A stretch of DNA of 64,000 bases from the NCBI GenBank assembly GCA_963820825.1, contig CAWGBN010000007.1, positions 64,001 to 128,000 of the forward strand, given 5' to 3'. Below, one piece after another: positions 27,729 to 38,226 of this stretch; within the stretch, counting starts at the first letter, position 1; each line of letters begins with the position of its first letter. This DNA is from Vulcanimicrobiota bacterium. Its GTDB lineage: Bacteria > Vulcanimicrobiota > Vulcanimicrobiia > Vulcanimicrobiales > Vulcanimicrobiaceae. Both the position numbers and the translations under genes were made by a program. A model generated the notes under the pieces. That model saw only the letters and a program-made list of their open reading frames with translations. It was not told the origin of the DNA and did no database searches.

Positions 27729-28996
27729 GGGTAGAGGCCGCGGAGCTTCGTCGCCTCGGCGACTCGCGCTACCGCGACGCAGTACGCTCCTTTGCGCATC
27801 GAAACGTTGTGTCGTTTCGCCTGCTCGTAGGTCTCCCGGAAGGCCCGCGTCATCTTGCGTTTCAGGCGTTCGTTGATCTCGTCTTCCTCCCAGAAGTTCG
27901 CCTGAAGGTCTTGCACCCACTCGAAGTACGAGACGGTGACGCCGCCGGCGTTTGCCAGAATATCCGGCAAGACCATGATGCCGCGGTCGAAGAGAATCTC
28001 GTCGGCATCGGGCAGCGTCGGCCCGTTGGCGGCCTCGGCGACGATCTTCGCCTTGATGCGCGGCGCGTTTTCGCGGGTAATCACCTTCTCGAGCGCGGCC
28101 GGCACGAGCACGTCGCAATCGTACTCGAGCACTTCCTTATTATCGGTGCGCTCGCCGCCGGTAAAGCCGACGACCGAGCCCGTCTCGAACTTGTGCGCGA
28201 TCAGACCTTTGACGTCGAGCCCGCGATCGTTCGCGACGCCGCCGTGCGAGTCGGAGGCGGCAACGACCGTGTACCCGTGCTCGCTCATGAGCTGTGCGGC
28301 ATACATCCCGGCGTTGCCGAAGCCTTGGATCGCGACGCGCGCCCCTTCGATCGTCATGCCGTGCGCCTCCATCGCTTCGTCGACGGTGTACATGCAGCCG
28401 CGCGCGGTCGCCTTGTCTCGTCCGAGCGATCCGCCGATTGCGACCGGCTTTCCGGTGACCACGCCCGGAATCGAGTAGCCGTGCTCCATCGAAAACGTAT
28501 CCATGATCCACGCCATGATCTGCGGCGTCGTGTAGACGTCGGGTGCGGGGATGTCTTTCTCCGGGCCGATGATGATCGAGATCTCGCTGGTAAACCGGCG
28601 CGTCAGGTTCTCGAGCTCCTGCAGCGACATCTCCTTGGGATTGCAGATCACGCCGCCTTTTGCGCCGCCGAACGGAATATTGACCAGCGCGCACTTCCAC
28701 GTCATCCACATGGCGAGCGCTTTGATCTCATCGAGCGTCACGTCGGGATGGTATCGAATCCCGCCCTTGCCCGGTCCGCGCGAGAGGTTGTGCTGCACGC
28801 GGTATCCGGTAAACATCCGGAATGCGCCGTTGTCCATCCGGGCGGGAACCGAGACTTCGAGAACGCGCTTGGGGTGGCGAAGATAGCCGTGGAGCGATTC
28901 GTTGAGGCCGATCAGCAGCCCGACTTCGTCGAGCTGCTGCTGCGCCATCTCCCAAACGTTATCGCGAGCCTGAACGGCGGAGACGTCTTGAGCCAT
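27725..28996 (-). CDS. gdhA: Glutamate (Glu/Leu/Phe/Val) dehydrogenase
   Basis: GPGKGGIRYHP, PFGGAKGG, DIPAPD, QGFGNAG and NAGGVTVSYFEW motifs. Confidence 0.95.
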   Translation of the reverse strand: MAQDVSAVQARDNVWEMAQQQLDEVGLLIGLNESLHGYLRHPKRVLEVSVPARMDNGAFRMFTGYRVQHNLSRGPGKGGIRYHPDVTLDEIKALAMWMTWKCALVNIPFGGAKGGVICNPKEMSLQELENLTRRFTSEISIIIGPEKDIPAPDVYTTPQIMAWIMDTFSMEHGYSIPGVVTGKPVAIGGSLGRDKATARGCMYTVDEAMEAHGMTIEGARVAIQGFGNAGMYAAQLMSEHGYTVVAASDSHGGVANDRGLDVKGLIAHKFETGSVVGFTGGERTDNKEVLEYDCDVLVPAALEKVITRENAPRIKAKIVAEAANGPTLPDADEILFDRGIMVLPDILANAGGVTVSYFEWVQDLQANFWEEDEINERLKRKMTRAFRETYEQAKRHNVSMRKGAYCVAVARVAEATKLRGLYP

Positions 28997-29011
28997 TTCG
29001 ACCTTTCGAGT

Positions 29012-29593
29012 TCACTGGTGCGGCTGACCGTACATCGTGGCTTTGTACGCCGGCAGATGCGGGTTCTTCCAATGGCTTCCATCCTCGAAGGTAATCTTCA
29101 AGGGGACGCACTTCGCGTAGCTCGTCTGCAGCGGAAAGACGTTCGGGCTTAAACCGAATTTGTGCTTGATCTCGGCACCCGGCGAGAAGGTTCCGACGTC
29201 TTTGACCTCGGCAACGAGCGCACCGCGAACGAGGAGACCGAACTCGATCTGCTTCATCACCACGTTCGTGACGTTCTTGTAATCGATGCCGAGCGTCGGA
29301 TCGTTCTCTACCGGCGCTTGGTAGTACGTCGGGCCGTAGACCGACGGATATCCCCAATAGCCGCGATAGAAGCCGCCGTAGGCGGGACCCGGCCAGTAGG
29401 CGGGCGTGTATCCTGCCCAGTTGTAGCTGACGTTGCGCTCCGGATTGCAAGCACTGACCGCGATCGGGTGGGGCGTGGTTACGTGCGCGGCCTCTGCCAT
29501 CGCGACGTTCGACGACTGTGCCGCGCTCACCGCGGGAAGGGCGGCGGCTACGCAGAGCGCTGCAACGCCGAGAGAAAGACGAGCCGAGTTCAT
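29012..29593 (-). CDS. Secreted hypothetical protein
   Basis: AAGGAG RBS, signal peptide, Tyr/Gly/Pro-rich insert. Confidence 0.75.
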   Translation of the reverse strand: MNSARLSLGVAALCVAAALPAVSAAQSSNVAMAEAAHVTTPHPIAVSACNPERNVSYNWAGYTPAYWPGPAYGGFYRGYWGYPSVYGPTYYQAPVENDPTLGIDYKNVTNVVMKQIEFGLLVRGALVAEVKDVGTFSPGAEIKHKFGLSPNVFPLQTSYAKCVPLKITFEDGSHWKNPHLPAYKATMYGQPHQ

Positions 29594-29654
29594 CGAGCTG
29601 ATACTCCTTATAGGTCGGATCCGTGAAAAGTGTTAAGGACAAGGTTCTGCAAGC

Positions 29655-29681
29655 AAAAGGGCGGCGCCTTGGCGCCGCCCT
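29655..29681 (-). terminator. Rho-independent terminator
   Basis: AGGGCGGCGCC / GGCGCCGCCCT inverted repeat followed by a T run on the minus strand, downstream of the FecR/DUF6600-like gene. Confidence 0.8.
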
Positions 29682-29709
29682 CGCTCCTACTCCGTAACCG
29701 AGCGTGCGG

Positions 29710-31989
29710 CTACTGCGGAGGGCGTCCGCCCCCGCCGCCGTGGCGTCCGCCGCCACCACCGCCGCCGCCGCCGGAAGAACGCGGGGCCGAGTAGTTGCCG
29801 CCGTGCGAGTACGACCCCGCCGATCCCCGTGAGTACGACGGATAGCTTCCGCGCGACGACGGATAGCTGCCACGCGAGTATGACGGATACGAACTGCGTC
29901 CGTACGACTGATCGGATCCTCGTGAGTACGAGGGATACGAGGTGCGTCCGTACGACTGATCGGATCCTCGCGCGTACGACGGATACGAGGTGCGTCCGTA
30001 CGAGGGCGTGTCGTTTCGCGAAGACGATCCGTATGGATTGCGCTGATACGAATTTCGCTCGTAGCCGCTGCGATCCGAAGCAGACGCGCCGCGATTATAG
30101 GAGGCCGTGGAAACGTTTCCACGCTGGTTCGAGAACCGGCTCCACGAATCGGATGGTGTGCCTCTCTCACGCGGCGCTTCAACCGAATCGCTTCGTCCGT
30201 TGCGCGTGCCGACGTTCCCCCGAGTCTCGTCGCCGCGCGCCTGGCTACCCCGATCCTCGTTGAACCGCGTCCAGGAACTCGACGGCGCGTTGTCGCGATT
30301 GCCGTTGAGCGTGCCACGGTCTGCCGATCCGCCGAACGCGTTCCCACGATTGGGCGCGTTCTCATGCGCCACGGGTGCGTTCGCTCGCATTACCGGCGCG
30401 TTCTGATGCGATAGCGGTGCGTTGGCCCGGCTCGGATTTCCTTGGATTTCGTGCGCGACTGCGCGTTGCTGCGCGTCGAACTGCATCCGGCCGGCGAGCG
30501 CGTGGTTCGCCGCAGCGAAGCGCGGTGAGTCGAAGTTGTGCGAGAGCGAGACCGGCGCGCTGATCGAGCGACCGCCGAATCCGAGACTCTCTCGCGTCGG
30601 CGAGATCGGCGCGCCGCCGTGAATCGTGCCGACGTGTCCCGTGATGTTATGCTGGTTCACCGTGAAGGTGTGGCCGTAGATCGTTCCGCCGCGGAAGTGG
30701 CCGACCGCAACGCCGTGCACGCCGCCGTGCGGAAAGTACCGGTAGATGTTGGTGATGTGGGTGACGTTGACCACGTTACGCCCCCAACCGCCGCAGCAAC
30801 CCCAGCCGCCCCAGCCCCAGCCGTAGCCGGTCCAGGCCCAACCCGGATACCACGGATAGTACGGAGCGTACGGCGCAAGCGGATACCAACCGACGTACGG
30901 GTAGCCGAAGCCGCCATAACCGCCATAACCGCCGTAACCGCCGTAACCACCGGAGCCGAAGCCGAGCGAGACGCCCCACCCCGCTCCGCCAACGCCGACG
31001 CCGAAGCCGAAGAATCCAACGAGCGCCGGCGACCAGGCCGGATAAGACGAGTAGGCCGGCGGAGACCACGCCCAGCCGTAGTTATTTGCGTAGTACCAGC
31101 GCCCGTAATGATAGGGCGCCCAGCCCCACGGCTCATTCGCAACCCACGTCCAGCCGTAGCCGTCTTCCCAGGTCCACGATCCGTTGCCGTACGGCGACCA
31201 ATTCGCCGTTTGATCAGGCACCCAGGACTGCCCGTATCCGGGCACGTTCTGCCATTGTCCGTATGCGCCGAGATTATCGTAGCCGGCGATATCCGGATTG
31301 ACGTTCGGGCTTGCGTTCAGAGCTGCGACCATCGTCTGATCGCGCTTGGCGTTGAAATCGTCGAACGTATCGTAGCCGACCTCCGTCGTATACGTGATCG
31401 ATGGATTCGACGCGGAGCCGCGGGCGACGAGCGTGCGTCCCGAGTCGAGCGTGTAGGTCTGTTGCGGCGTGACGATCTCCGCCGTTCCCCGGCGCACCGT
31501 TGCCCAGGTCGAGCCGTCCTTGCCGATCGAAACGCGGTAGTCGCCGGCCTCGTGCGCGCGCACCGTCACCGACGGCGTGTCGATCTGCACCGGCTGACCG
31601 CCGTGCACGACGCCCAGCTCGACCGTCCCGTCGGCAAGTTGGAGCTGCCGGTTATTCGGATCGTCGCTGGTGATCCGTGCCTGAACGTTGCCGCCCAGCC
31701 GAACCGCCGTCGACCCGTCGAACTGCAGCTCGCCGCGCGAGCTCGCTCCGGTCGAGACGTAATCGCCGGGAAGCAGCGGAGCGTTCACCACGGCGGCGAC
31801 CTGTTTGTTGCTGTCGCCGCGCTGAACCACCACCGAGCCTTGGACGATGCTGACCCGGGTAACGCCAGGCCCGTTCTTGTCGGGCGCCTGTTCGGCCGAA
31901 GCCGGAACCGCGCTGAAAAGGGTCGTCCCGAGCAGGGCGACCCCGGAAACCAGGCTGATGAGCCGTTTGCTAGTCATTGGTAATTGCAT
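29710..31989 (-). CDS. Secreted FecR-domain / DUF6600-like protein with low-complexity Ser/Tyr/Gly/Arg tail
   Basis: Signal peptide, FecR-like N-domain (VNAPLLPGD...ELQFD), YGWTWV..EPWGWAPYHYGRW motif; GAGGGG RBS. Confidence 0.85.
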   Translation of the reverse strand: MQLPMTSKRLISLVSGVALLGTTLFSAVPASAEQAPDKNGPGVTRVSIVQGSVVVQRGDSNKQVAAVVNAPLLPGDYVSTGASSRGELQFDGSTAVRLGGNVQARITSDDPNNRQLQLADGTVELGVVHGGQPVQIDTPSVTVRAHEAGDYRVSIGKDGSTWATVRRGTAEIVTPQQTYTLDSGRTLVARGSASNPSITYTTEVGYDTFDDFNAKRDQTMVAALNASPNVNPDIAGYDNLGAYGQWQNVPGYGQSWVPDQTANWSPYGNGSWTWEDGYGWTWVANEPWGWAPYHYGRWYYANNYGWAWSPPAYSSYPAWSPALVGFFGFGVGVGGAGWGVSLGFGSGGYGGYGGYGGYGGFGYPYVGWYPLAPYAPYYPWYPGWAWTGYGWGWGGWGCCGGWGRNVVNVTHITNIYRYFPHGGVHGVAVGHFRGGTIYGHTFTVNQHNITGHVGTIHGGAPISPTRESLGFGGRSISAPVSLSHNFDSPRFAAANHALAGRMQFDAQQRAVAHEIQGNPSRANAPLSHQNAPVMRANAPVAHENAPNRGNAFGGSADRGTLNGNRDNAPSSSWTRFNEDRGSQARGDETRGNVGTRNGRSDSVEAPRERGTPSDSWSRFSNQRGNVSTASYNRGASASDRSGYERNSYQRNPYGSSSRNDTPSYGRTSYPSYARGSDQSYGRTSYPSYSRGSDQSYGRSSYPSYSRGSYPSSRGSYPSYSRGSAGSYSHGGNYSAPRSSGGGGGGGGGRHGGGGGRPPQ
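29860..30003 (-). repeat. Intragenic 48-bp tandem repeat (16 aa, SYGRTSYPSYxRGSDQ)
   Basis: CGTACGA recurs at 29901, 29949 and 29997 with near-identical intervening sequence. Confidence 0.85.
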
Positions 31990-32164
31990 ATTCCCCTCAG
32001 CAATATTGAACCGGAAATTGGAGGGTGAAAGCATCGAATCATGATTAGCTTACCATTAAGCTCCCGTGAGAGGGGAACTCGTGCTCGGCGCAACGCCGGG
32101 GCGCCAAACGGGCAAGAGAATCGCGCCGGCGGCGGAAAACCTCACGTCGGAGGTATCATCCGTA

Positions 32165-32449
32165 ATGAAAGAAGCCCACAAGGGAATGACCCGCCGAACC
32201 TTCGTCGCTAACGCCGTCGTGCTTCCGGCCCTCGCCGGGCTGTTGCTCGCCGAGACGAAGATCGCCGAAGCGAAAGGCTCGCAGTCCCAGTTCAAATATC
32301 AAGGCACTCCCAAGGACGGGCATAAGTGCTCGCAATGCACCTTCTACATCGCCGGCAGCAGCGCGAAGGCGAACGGCACGTGCAAGATCGTCGACGGCTC
32401 CATCAGCCCCAACGGCTGGTGCACGGCCTGGGCGGCTAAATCGAGCTAG
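32165..32449 (+). CDS. High-potential iron-sulfur protein (HiPIP), Tat-exported
   Basis: TRRTF Tat motif; YQ..P.....CSQC..Y...C..V.G.ISPNGWC.AW; GGAGG RBS. Confidence 0.88.
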   Translation: MKEAHKGMTRRTFVANAVVLPALAGLLLAETKIAEAKGSQSQFKYQGTPKDGHKCSQCTFYIAGSSAKANGTCKIVDGSISPNGWCTAWAAKSS

Positions 32450-32543
32450 ACGTCCGCTAAACCGACCAGCAACGGGAGCGATGCCGAACTCGGCACCGCT
32501 CCCGACTCTTTTCCGCGGGCTCGCCGCAACGACGAGCGAGGGC

Positions 32544-33731
32544 TTAGACGACTTCGAACAGACCCGCGGCGCCGATGCCGCCGGCAACGCACATCGTCAC
32601 CACGACGTACTTAACACCGCGGCGCTTGCCCTCGATGAGCGCGTGCATCGTCATCCGCGCTCCGCTCATGCCGTAGGGATGTCCGATCGAAATTGCGCCG
32701 CCGTCGACGTTGAACCGGTCGTTCGGAATGCCGAGCGTGTCGCGACAGTAAACGGTCTGCACCGCAAAGGCCTCGTTGAGTTCCCAGAGCCCGATCTCGT
32801 CGATCGTCAAATCATATTGCTTGAGCAGCTTGGGCACCGCATAGACCGGCGCGATGCCCATCTCGCCGGGCTCGTTGCCGGCGACGGCATACCCGCGATA
32901 GATCCCCAGCGGCGTCAGATTCCGTTGCTGCGCCGTCGTCGCGTCGACGATCGCAACGGCCGCGGCGCCGTCGGAGAGCTGCGATGAGTTCCCGGCGGTA
33001 ATCGAGGTATCGGCAACGCCGGGCACCGCGCCCTTGAGCGCCGCCAAGCCCGCGAGCGTCGTGTCGGGACGATTGCCTTCGTCCTTCTTCAGCTCGACCC
33101 GGCGCTCCGTAACGGCGCCCGTCTCTCTACTCTCCTCGGCCTTCCACGATGACAGCGCAACGATCTCGGCGTCGAAGCGTCCCGCCGCTTGCGCGGCCGC
33201 GGTTCGTTGCTGGCTTTGCAGTGCGTACTCATCCTGCCGCTCGCGCGTGACGCGGTATTTCTTCGCGGTGAAATCGGCGGTAAAGAGCATCGGCGTGTAG
33301 AGATCGGGCACGTGACGCAGCAGCCACTCTTCGGTGAGGAAGCGCACGTGCACGTCGTTCTGCACCATGCTGATCGACTCGACACCGCCCGCGACGACGA
33401 CGTTTACGCCGTCGGCGATCACACGCTTTGCCCCCGCGGCGATCGCGTCGAGACCCGACGCGCAGAACCGGCTTACGGTCTGCCCGGGAACGGTGACGGG
33501 ACACCCCGCGCGCAGCGCCGCCGTACGGCCGATATTGTTTCCGGTTGCGCCTTCGGGCAAGCCGCAGCCCATGATGACCTCGTCGACTTCCGCCGGATCG
33601 ATTCCGGCCCGCTCGATCGCGTGCTTGACGGCATGTCCGGCCATGGTCGCGCCCTCGGTCTGATTGAAGGCACCGCGAAAGGCACGTCCGATCGGCGTTC
33701 GCGCCGCCGAAACGATAACTGCTTCACGCAT
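32544..33731 (-). CDS. Acetyl-CoA C-acyltransferase (thiolase)
   Basis: [21 protein letters not shown] and TMCVAGGIG motifs. Confidence 0.95.
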   Translation of the reverse strand: MREAVIVSAARTPIGRAFRGAFNQTEGATMAGHAVKHAIERAGIDPAEVDEVIMGCGLPEGATGNNIGRTAALRAGCPVTVPGQTVSRFCASGLDAIAAGAKRVIADGVNVVVAGGVESISMVQNDVHVRFLTEEWLLRHVPDLYTPMLFTADFTAKKYRVTRERQDEYALQSQQRTAAAQAAGRFDAEIVALSSWKAEESRETGAVTERRVELKKDEGNRPDTTLAGLAALKGAVPGVADTSITAGNSSQLSDGAAAVAIVDATTAQQRNLTPLGIYRGYAVAGNEPGEMGIAPVYAVPKLLKQYDLTIDEIGLWELNEAFAVQTVYCRDTLGIPNDRFNVDGGAISIGHPYGMSGARMTMHALIEGKRRGVKYVVVTMCVAGGIGAAGLFEVV

Positions 33732-35733
33732 GCGCGGCATACCACATCGGGCCGCCGAGATGCGGCGGGAAACCGTAGCCGTACACGTAGACGATGTCGA
33801 TGTCGCTGGGACGCAGCGCGATGCCCTCTTCGAGCAGCTTTTTACCCCGATGGACGAGCGCGCCGAGCAGACGGTCGCGAATCTCCTCGTCGCCGACCTC
33901 GCGCGGTGCGATGCCCGCCGCACGCGCCTCCTCGGCGAAGATCCGGTCGACTTCGTGATCGGGAATCGGCTCGCGGCCTTTGCCGACGGCCTTGTCGTAT
34001 TTGAAGAATCCGGCCATCGTCTTCTGTCCCAACCGGTTCATCTGCACGAGGCGTTCGAGCACGTTGGTGCGTCCGAGCGCCTCGGCGCCGCGCGCCTTCT
34101 GCACCGCCAAACCGATGTCGAGTCCGGAGAGATCGCTCATCGCAAACGGGCCCATCGGAAAGCCGAAGGCCTTCATCACCGCGTCGATGCGCGCCGGTAC
34201 GACGCCCTCTTCGGACAGCGCCGTCGCTTCGCGCAGGTAATCGAAGATCATGCGGTTTCCGATAAAGCCGAAGGCGTTGCCGGAGAGCACGGCTTTCTTG
34301 CGCAGCCGCTTTCCGAGTTGAAAGGCGATCGCCAGCGTCTGCGGCGAGGTCTTTTCACCGCGGACGATCTCGAGCAGCGGCATGATGTTCGCCGGGACGA
34401 AGAAATGGAGCCCGAGAACGCGGTCCGGGCGCTTCGTTTCGTTGGCGAGCGCGTCGATGTCGAGCGTCGACGTATTGCTGGCGAGGATGGCCTCCGGCTT
34501 GGCGATCGCGTCGAGCTTGCGGAAGACCTCGCGCTTGACGTCGAGATTCTCGAAGACCGCTTCGACGACAACGTCGGCGTCGGCAAGCTCGTTCCAATCG
34601 TCGGTGAAACGAATCGACTGACCGCGCTTCCAGGCCTCTTCCTGCGTCAGACGCCCCTTCTGCACTTGATACATGAACATGCCCATCACGGTCTGGCGCG
34701 CTTTGTCGACGGCCGCTTCGTTCGTGTCCACGACGACGACCGGAATGCCGGCCTGCGCAAAGGCGATCGCAATGCCGCTCCCCATCGTCCCGGCCCCAAC
34801 GACGCCAACCTTGTTGACCTCGCTTCTTACGTGGCGATCGCGCTCCGTGCCGTGCTGAGCTTGTCGGAGGATGTCGACGCCATCAATCTTTGCCAGCTCC
34901 CGTTCCGCAAAGAAGATGTGACGCAGCGCTTGCGACGGCTCCGAGCGAACGAGCTCGTCGAAGAGCCGCGTCTCGCGGGCGATGCCGAAATTGAACGGCA
35001 GTTCGACGGCGGCTTGCACTGCATCGATGAGCTTGTGCGCGGCGAATCCGCCGTTCTCTTCGGGCGGAACCATCTTGTGCGCTTGCGCGACGACGTACGG
35101 TCCGGCTTGCGCCGGAAGGTCTTTGGCGATGGTCGCGTCGCGCTGCGAGATCCGCCGTTTCGGGCCCTTGGCGAGCGCTTTCGCACGGTCGAGGAGCGCG
35201 TCGGCCGCAATCTCGTCGAGGATTCCGAGCTCGAGCGCGCGCTGCGCGGAGATCGACGATCCTTTGAGCATAAACTCGAGCGCCGCACGCGCGCCGACCA
35301 GGCGCGGCAGCCGCTGCGTTCCGCCGGCGCCCGGCAAGAGTCCCAGCTTGATCTCGGGCAAGCCGAGCTTCGAAGACGCCGTCGCCACCCGGTAATCGCA
35401 CGCCAGCGAAAGCTCGAGAGCGCCGCCGAGGCAGGTTCCGTCGATTGCGGCAACGTGCACCTTGACGCTTTCGTCGATGAGCGCGATCAGATCGCGGATC
35501 GTCACCGCCTCCGCGGGCAGCTCGCGATTGAAATCGTTGACGTCCGCGCCCGCGCTGAAGAGCCCGTTCGCACCGGTGATGACGATCGCTTCGACCGCAT
35601 CGTCGGCGTGCGCCGCCTCGAGTGCCGCTTTGAGCATCTCGCAATACGCAAACGAGAGAGCGTTGACCGGCGGGTTGTCGAGCGTGATAACGCGCAGGCG
35701 CGCGTCGGCCACGACGAGCTCGGAAGGCAGCAT
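33724..35733 (-). CDS. Enoyl-CoA hydratase / 3-hydroxyacyl-CoA dehydrogenase (FadB-like)
   Basis: [35 protein letters not shown] and HFF.PA motifs. Confidence 0.95.
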   Translation of the reverse strand: MLPSELVVADARLRVITLDNPPVNALSFAYCEMLKAALEAAHADDAVEAIVITGANGLFSAGADVNDFNRELPAEAVTIRDLIALIDESVKVHVAAIDGTCLGGALELSLACDYRVATASSKLGLPEIKLGLLPGAGGTQRLPRLVGARAALEFMLKGSSISAQRALELGILDEIAADALLDRAKALAKGPKRRISQRDATIAKDLPAQAGPYVVAQAHKMVPPEENGGFAAHKLIDAVQAAVELPFNFGIARETRLFDELVRSEPSQALRHIFFAERELAKIDGVDILRQAQHGTERDRHVRSEVNKVGVVGAGTMGSGIAIAFAQAGIPVVVVDTNEAAVDKARQTVMGMFMYQVQKGRLTQEEAWKRGQSIRFTDDWNELADADVVVEAVFENLDVKREVFRKLDAIAKPEAILASNTSTLDIDALANETKRPDRVLGLHFFVPANIMPLLEIVRGEKTSPQTLAIAFQLGKRLRKKAVLSGNAFGFIGNRMIFDYLREATALSEEGVVPARIDAVMKAFGFPMGPFAMSDLSGLDIGLAVQKARGAEALGRTNVLERLVQMNRLGQKTMAGFFKYDKAVGKGREPIPDHEVDRIFAEEARAAGIAPREVGDEEIRDRLLGALVHRGKKLLEEGIALRPSDIDIVYVYGYGFPPHLGGPMWYAAHA
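34849..34871. repeat. REP-like element within the fadB-like gene
   Basis: GCCGTGCTGAGCTTGTCGGAGGA, read as ILRQAQHG in the interdomain linker. Confidence 0.45.
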
Positions 35734-35735
35734 CG

Positions 35736-37559
35736 CTACGCGGTTACCGCCATCTTCCGATCCAGATCGAACTGCGCCTCGGTCAGCGTCATGACGTCGC
35801 CCGATCCGTCGACGATCTGGCGCTGGAACCAGGCCGCTTGCGAGAGAACGTGCGAAGCGTAGAATGCCGCGGTCGCGAGCTTGGCGCGGTAGAACTCGCT
35901 CTCGGCGTCGTTGTCCGCGATCTTCGCCGCGGCAATCTGTGCGGCGCGCGCCATCTGCCAGCCGCCGGCGACGGTGCCCCAGAGCCGCAGATACGGCACC
36001 GAACAAGCGAAGGCTTTGTGCAGGTCGCCCATCGCGTTCATCCCGATCCACTGCGAGGTTTCGTTGAGCGTGACGAGCGCCTTCCCGAGCGCTTCGCCGA
36101 TCCGCTTCACCGCCGGGTCGGAATGCGCGGCGCACTCCTTGGCAACGGCCTCCATCTTCTTTCCGACGCTCGTCGCGGTCGCGCCCATGTCGCGCAAGAG
36201 TTTGCGGCCGATCAGATCGAGCGACTGAATCCCGGTCGTACCTTCGTAGATCGTGATGATGCGCACGTCGCGATACTGCTGCGCGATGCCGGTCTCTTCG
36301 ATGTACCCCATCCCGCCGAAGACTTGCAGCGCGGTCGAGCAGAGCTCGACGGCGCTCTCCGTGCACCATCCCTTGACGACCGGAATCATCAGCTCGACGA
36401 AGGACTTATGCTCCTTGCGAACTCTTTCGTCGGGATGGCGCAGCGCGTAGTCGAGCGAGGCCGCCGTAACGTAGGCGAGAGCGCGCATCGCCTCGATCGT
36501 CGCCTTCTGCAGCATGAGCATGCGCCGCACGTCGGGATGCTTGACGATCGGCTCGGGGGTGCGCGAGCCGGGCTTGAGGTCGCGGCCCTGCACGCGCTCC
36601 CTCGCATACTCGAGCGCACTCTGATAGGCGCGATCGGCAAGCGCGATGCCCTGCACGCCGACTGAGAAGCGCGCCGCGTTCATCATGATGAACATGTATT
36701 CCAGCCCGCGGTTCGGCTCGCCGACGAGATAGCCGACGGCGCCCTGGCCCTTCTCCCCGTAGTTCAGCGTGCAGGTCGGATTCGCGTTGATTCCGAGCTT
36801 GTGCTCGATGCTCGCGCAGACGACGTCGTTGCGCTCGCCGAGCGTCCCGTCGCCATTGACGATGAACTTCGGCACGATGAAGAGGGAGATGCCCTTCGTT
36901 CCCTCCGGAGCATCGGGCAGACGCGCGAGCACCAGATGGATGATGTTCTCGGCCATGTCGTGCTCGCCGAAGGTAATGAAGATCTTCGTCCCGGTGATGC
37001 GATGGTGGTCGCCCTCAGGCACCGCGCGCGTTCGTACCTGGGCAAGGTCGGAGCCAGCCTGCGGTTCGGTTAGGCACATCGTCCCCGTCCACTTTCCGGA
37101 GACGAGGTTGGGGATGAACCGTTGCTTCTGCTCCTCCGAGCCGACCAGCTCGATTGCTTCGATCGCGCCCTGATTGAGCAGCGGGCCGTTGGCAAAGCCG
37201 ATGTTCGCCGCGTTCCACATCTCCAGCGTTGGGCCGAGCAGAACCTGCGGAAGCGCCTGGCCGCCGTACTCGGCCGGGACCGGTAATCCGATCCAGCCGG
37301 CATCGGCGAATTTCTTGTAGGCTTCTTTGAAACCGGGCGGCGTCGTCACCTCACCGTCCTTCCAAGTGCAGCCCGCCTTGTCGCCCGTCCGGTTCAGCGG
37401 GTCGAGGACCCCGGCCGCGAAGCCGGCCGCCTCCTCGAGCACTGAGTCGAGCACGTCGAGGGTCTCCTCGCAGCCCGGAAGGGCCGCGACCCCGTCGATG
37501 CCCGCGAGCTCGCGCAAGGCAAACTGCATCTCCCGCAAGGGGGCTCGATAGACGCTCAT
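35736..37559 (-). CDS. Acyl-CoA dehydrogenase
   Basis: TMCLTEPQAGSDL, GTKIFIT, IEHKLGI, FGGMGYIEE and IYEGT motifs. Confidence 0.95.
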   Translation of the reverse strand: MSVYRAPLREMQFALRELAGIDGVAALPGCEETLDVLDSVLEEAAGFAAGVLDPLNRTGDKAGCTWKDGEVTTPPGFKEAYKKFADAGWIGLPVPAEYGGQALPQVLLGPTLEMWNAANIGFANGPLLNQGAIEAIELVGSEEQKQRFIPNLVSGKWTGTMCLTEPQAGSDLAQVRTRAVPEGDHHRITGTKIFITFGEHDMAENIIHLVLARLPDAPEGTKGISLFIVPKFIVNGDGTLGERNDVVCASIEHKLGINANPTCTLNYGEKGQGAVGYLVGEPNRGLEYMFIMMNAARFSVGVQGIALADRAYQSALEYARERVQGRDLKPGSRTPEPIVKHPDVRRMLMLQKATIEAMRALAYVTAASLDYALRHPDERVRKEHKSFVELMIPVVKGWCTESAVELCSTALQVFGGMGYIEETGIAQQYRDVRIITIYEGTTGIQSLDLIGRKLLRDMGATATSVGKKMEAVAKECAAHSDPAVKRIGEALGKALVTLNETSQWIGMNAMGDLHKAFACSVPYLRLWGTVAGGWQMARAAQIAAAKIADNDAESEFYRAKLATAAFYASHVLSQAAWFQRQIVDGSGDVMTLTEAQFDLDRKMAVTA

Positions 37560-37795
37560 TTATGGCTCTCCTCTACCTTTTATCGTACCGCCGGGCCGGT
37601 CGCCGCGCGGCCAGTGATAAATCATACATTATTAAAAATAATAGCTCAAGCGAGCGAGCCTGCTCGTCGATTGCCGCCATTTGGGGGAATTAGAATCCGC
37701 AGAAAACTCATCGCCTGCTTGCGCACTCCGACGCCGCAACGGCGTATTGTAATCGTAGCACAATCGCATACTTCGCAAGGAGAAAACACGAACCG

Positions 37796-38140
37796 ATGTT
37801 CCTGCTGTCAGTACTTCTATCCGCAGCAACCTTTATGCCCGCCGCGGCGCCGCACGGTTTCGCGACCGCTCGAACCGGCACGATCTACGCCAACCCGATT
37901 TCGCCGGACAGCTCCTGTAAGCCCGGCAAGATCTGCGCTTCGTCGACGATCGCGCTCGGTAAGGGCTGCTTCTTCAACAACTATTACAAGAAGGGCACGA
38001 TCGGCGGTACTCCGCTCGCCGTCAACGTTTCCGAGACCGGATCGAGCAACGTCTTCGTCTATTGGGTGAATGATACCGACCTGACGATCGGCATCACCAA
38101 GAAGGCGAGCGCCAATTACTATTGCGCGCCGTCATCGTAA
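37796..38140 (+). CDS. Small secreted hypothetical protein with four Cys
   Basis: AAGGAG upstream, signal-like N-terminus, 114 aa. Confidence 0.65.
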   Translation: MFLLSVLLSAATFMPAAAPHGFATARTGTIYANPISPDSSCKPGKICASSTIALGKGCFFNNYYKKGTIGGTPLAVNVSETGSSNVFVYWVNDTDLTIGITKKASANYYCAPSS

Positions 38141-38226
38141 CGGCATACGCTCAGCCGCTACAGGGCAAGGCGGGCTCGAGACCGAGTCCGCCTTTCTTTT
38201 GATCGCAATGTGGTAAGGTAAGAGCG

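Noticed and set aside
29860..30003. 48-bp repeats as a CRISPR array
   Set aside because: Head-to-tail with no unique spacers, a length that is a multiple of three, inside a CDS, and no cas genes in the window.
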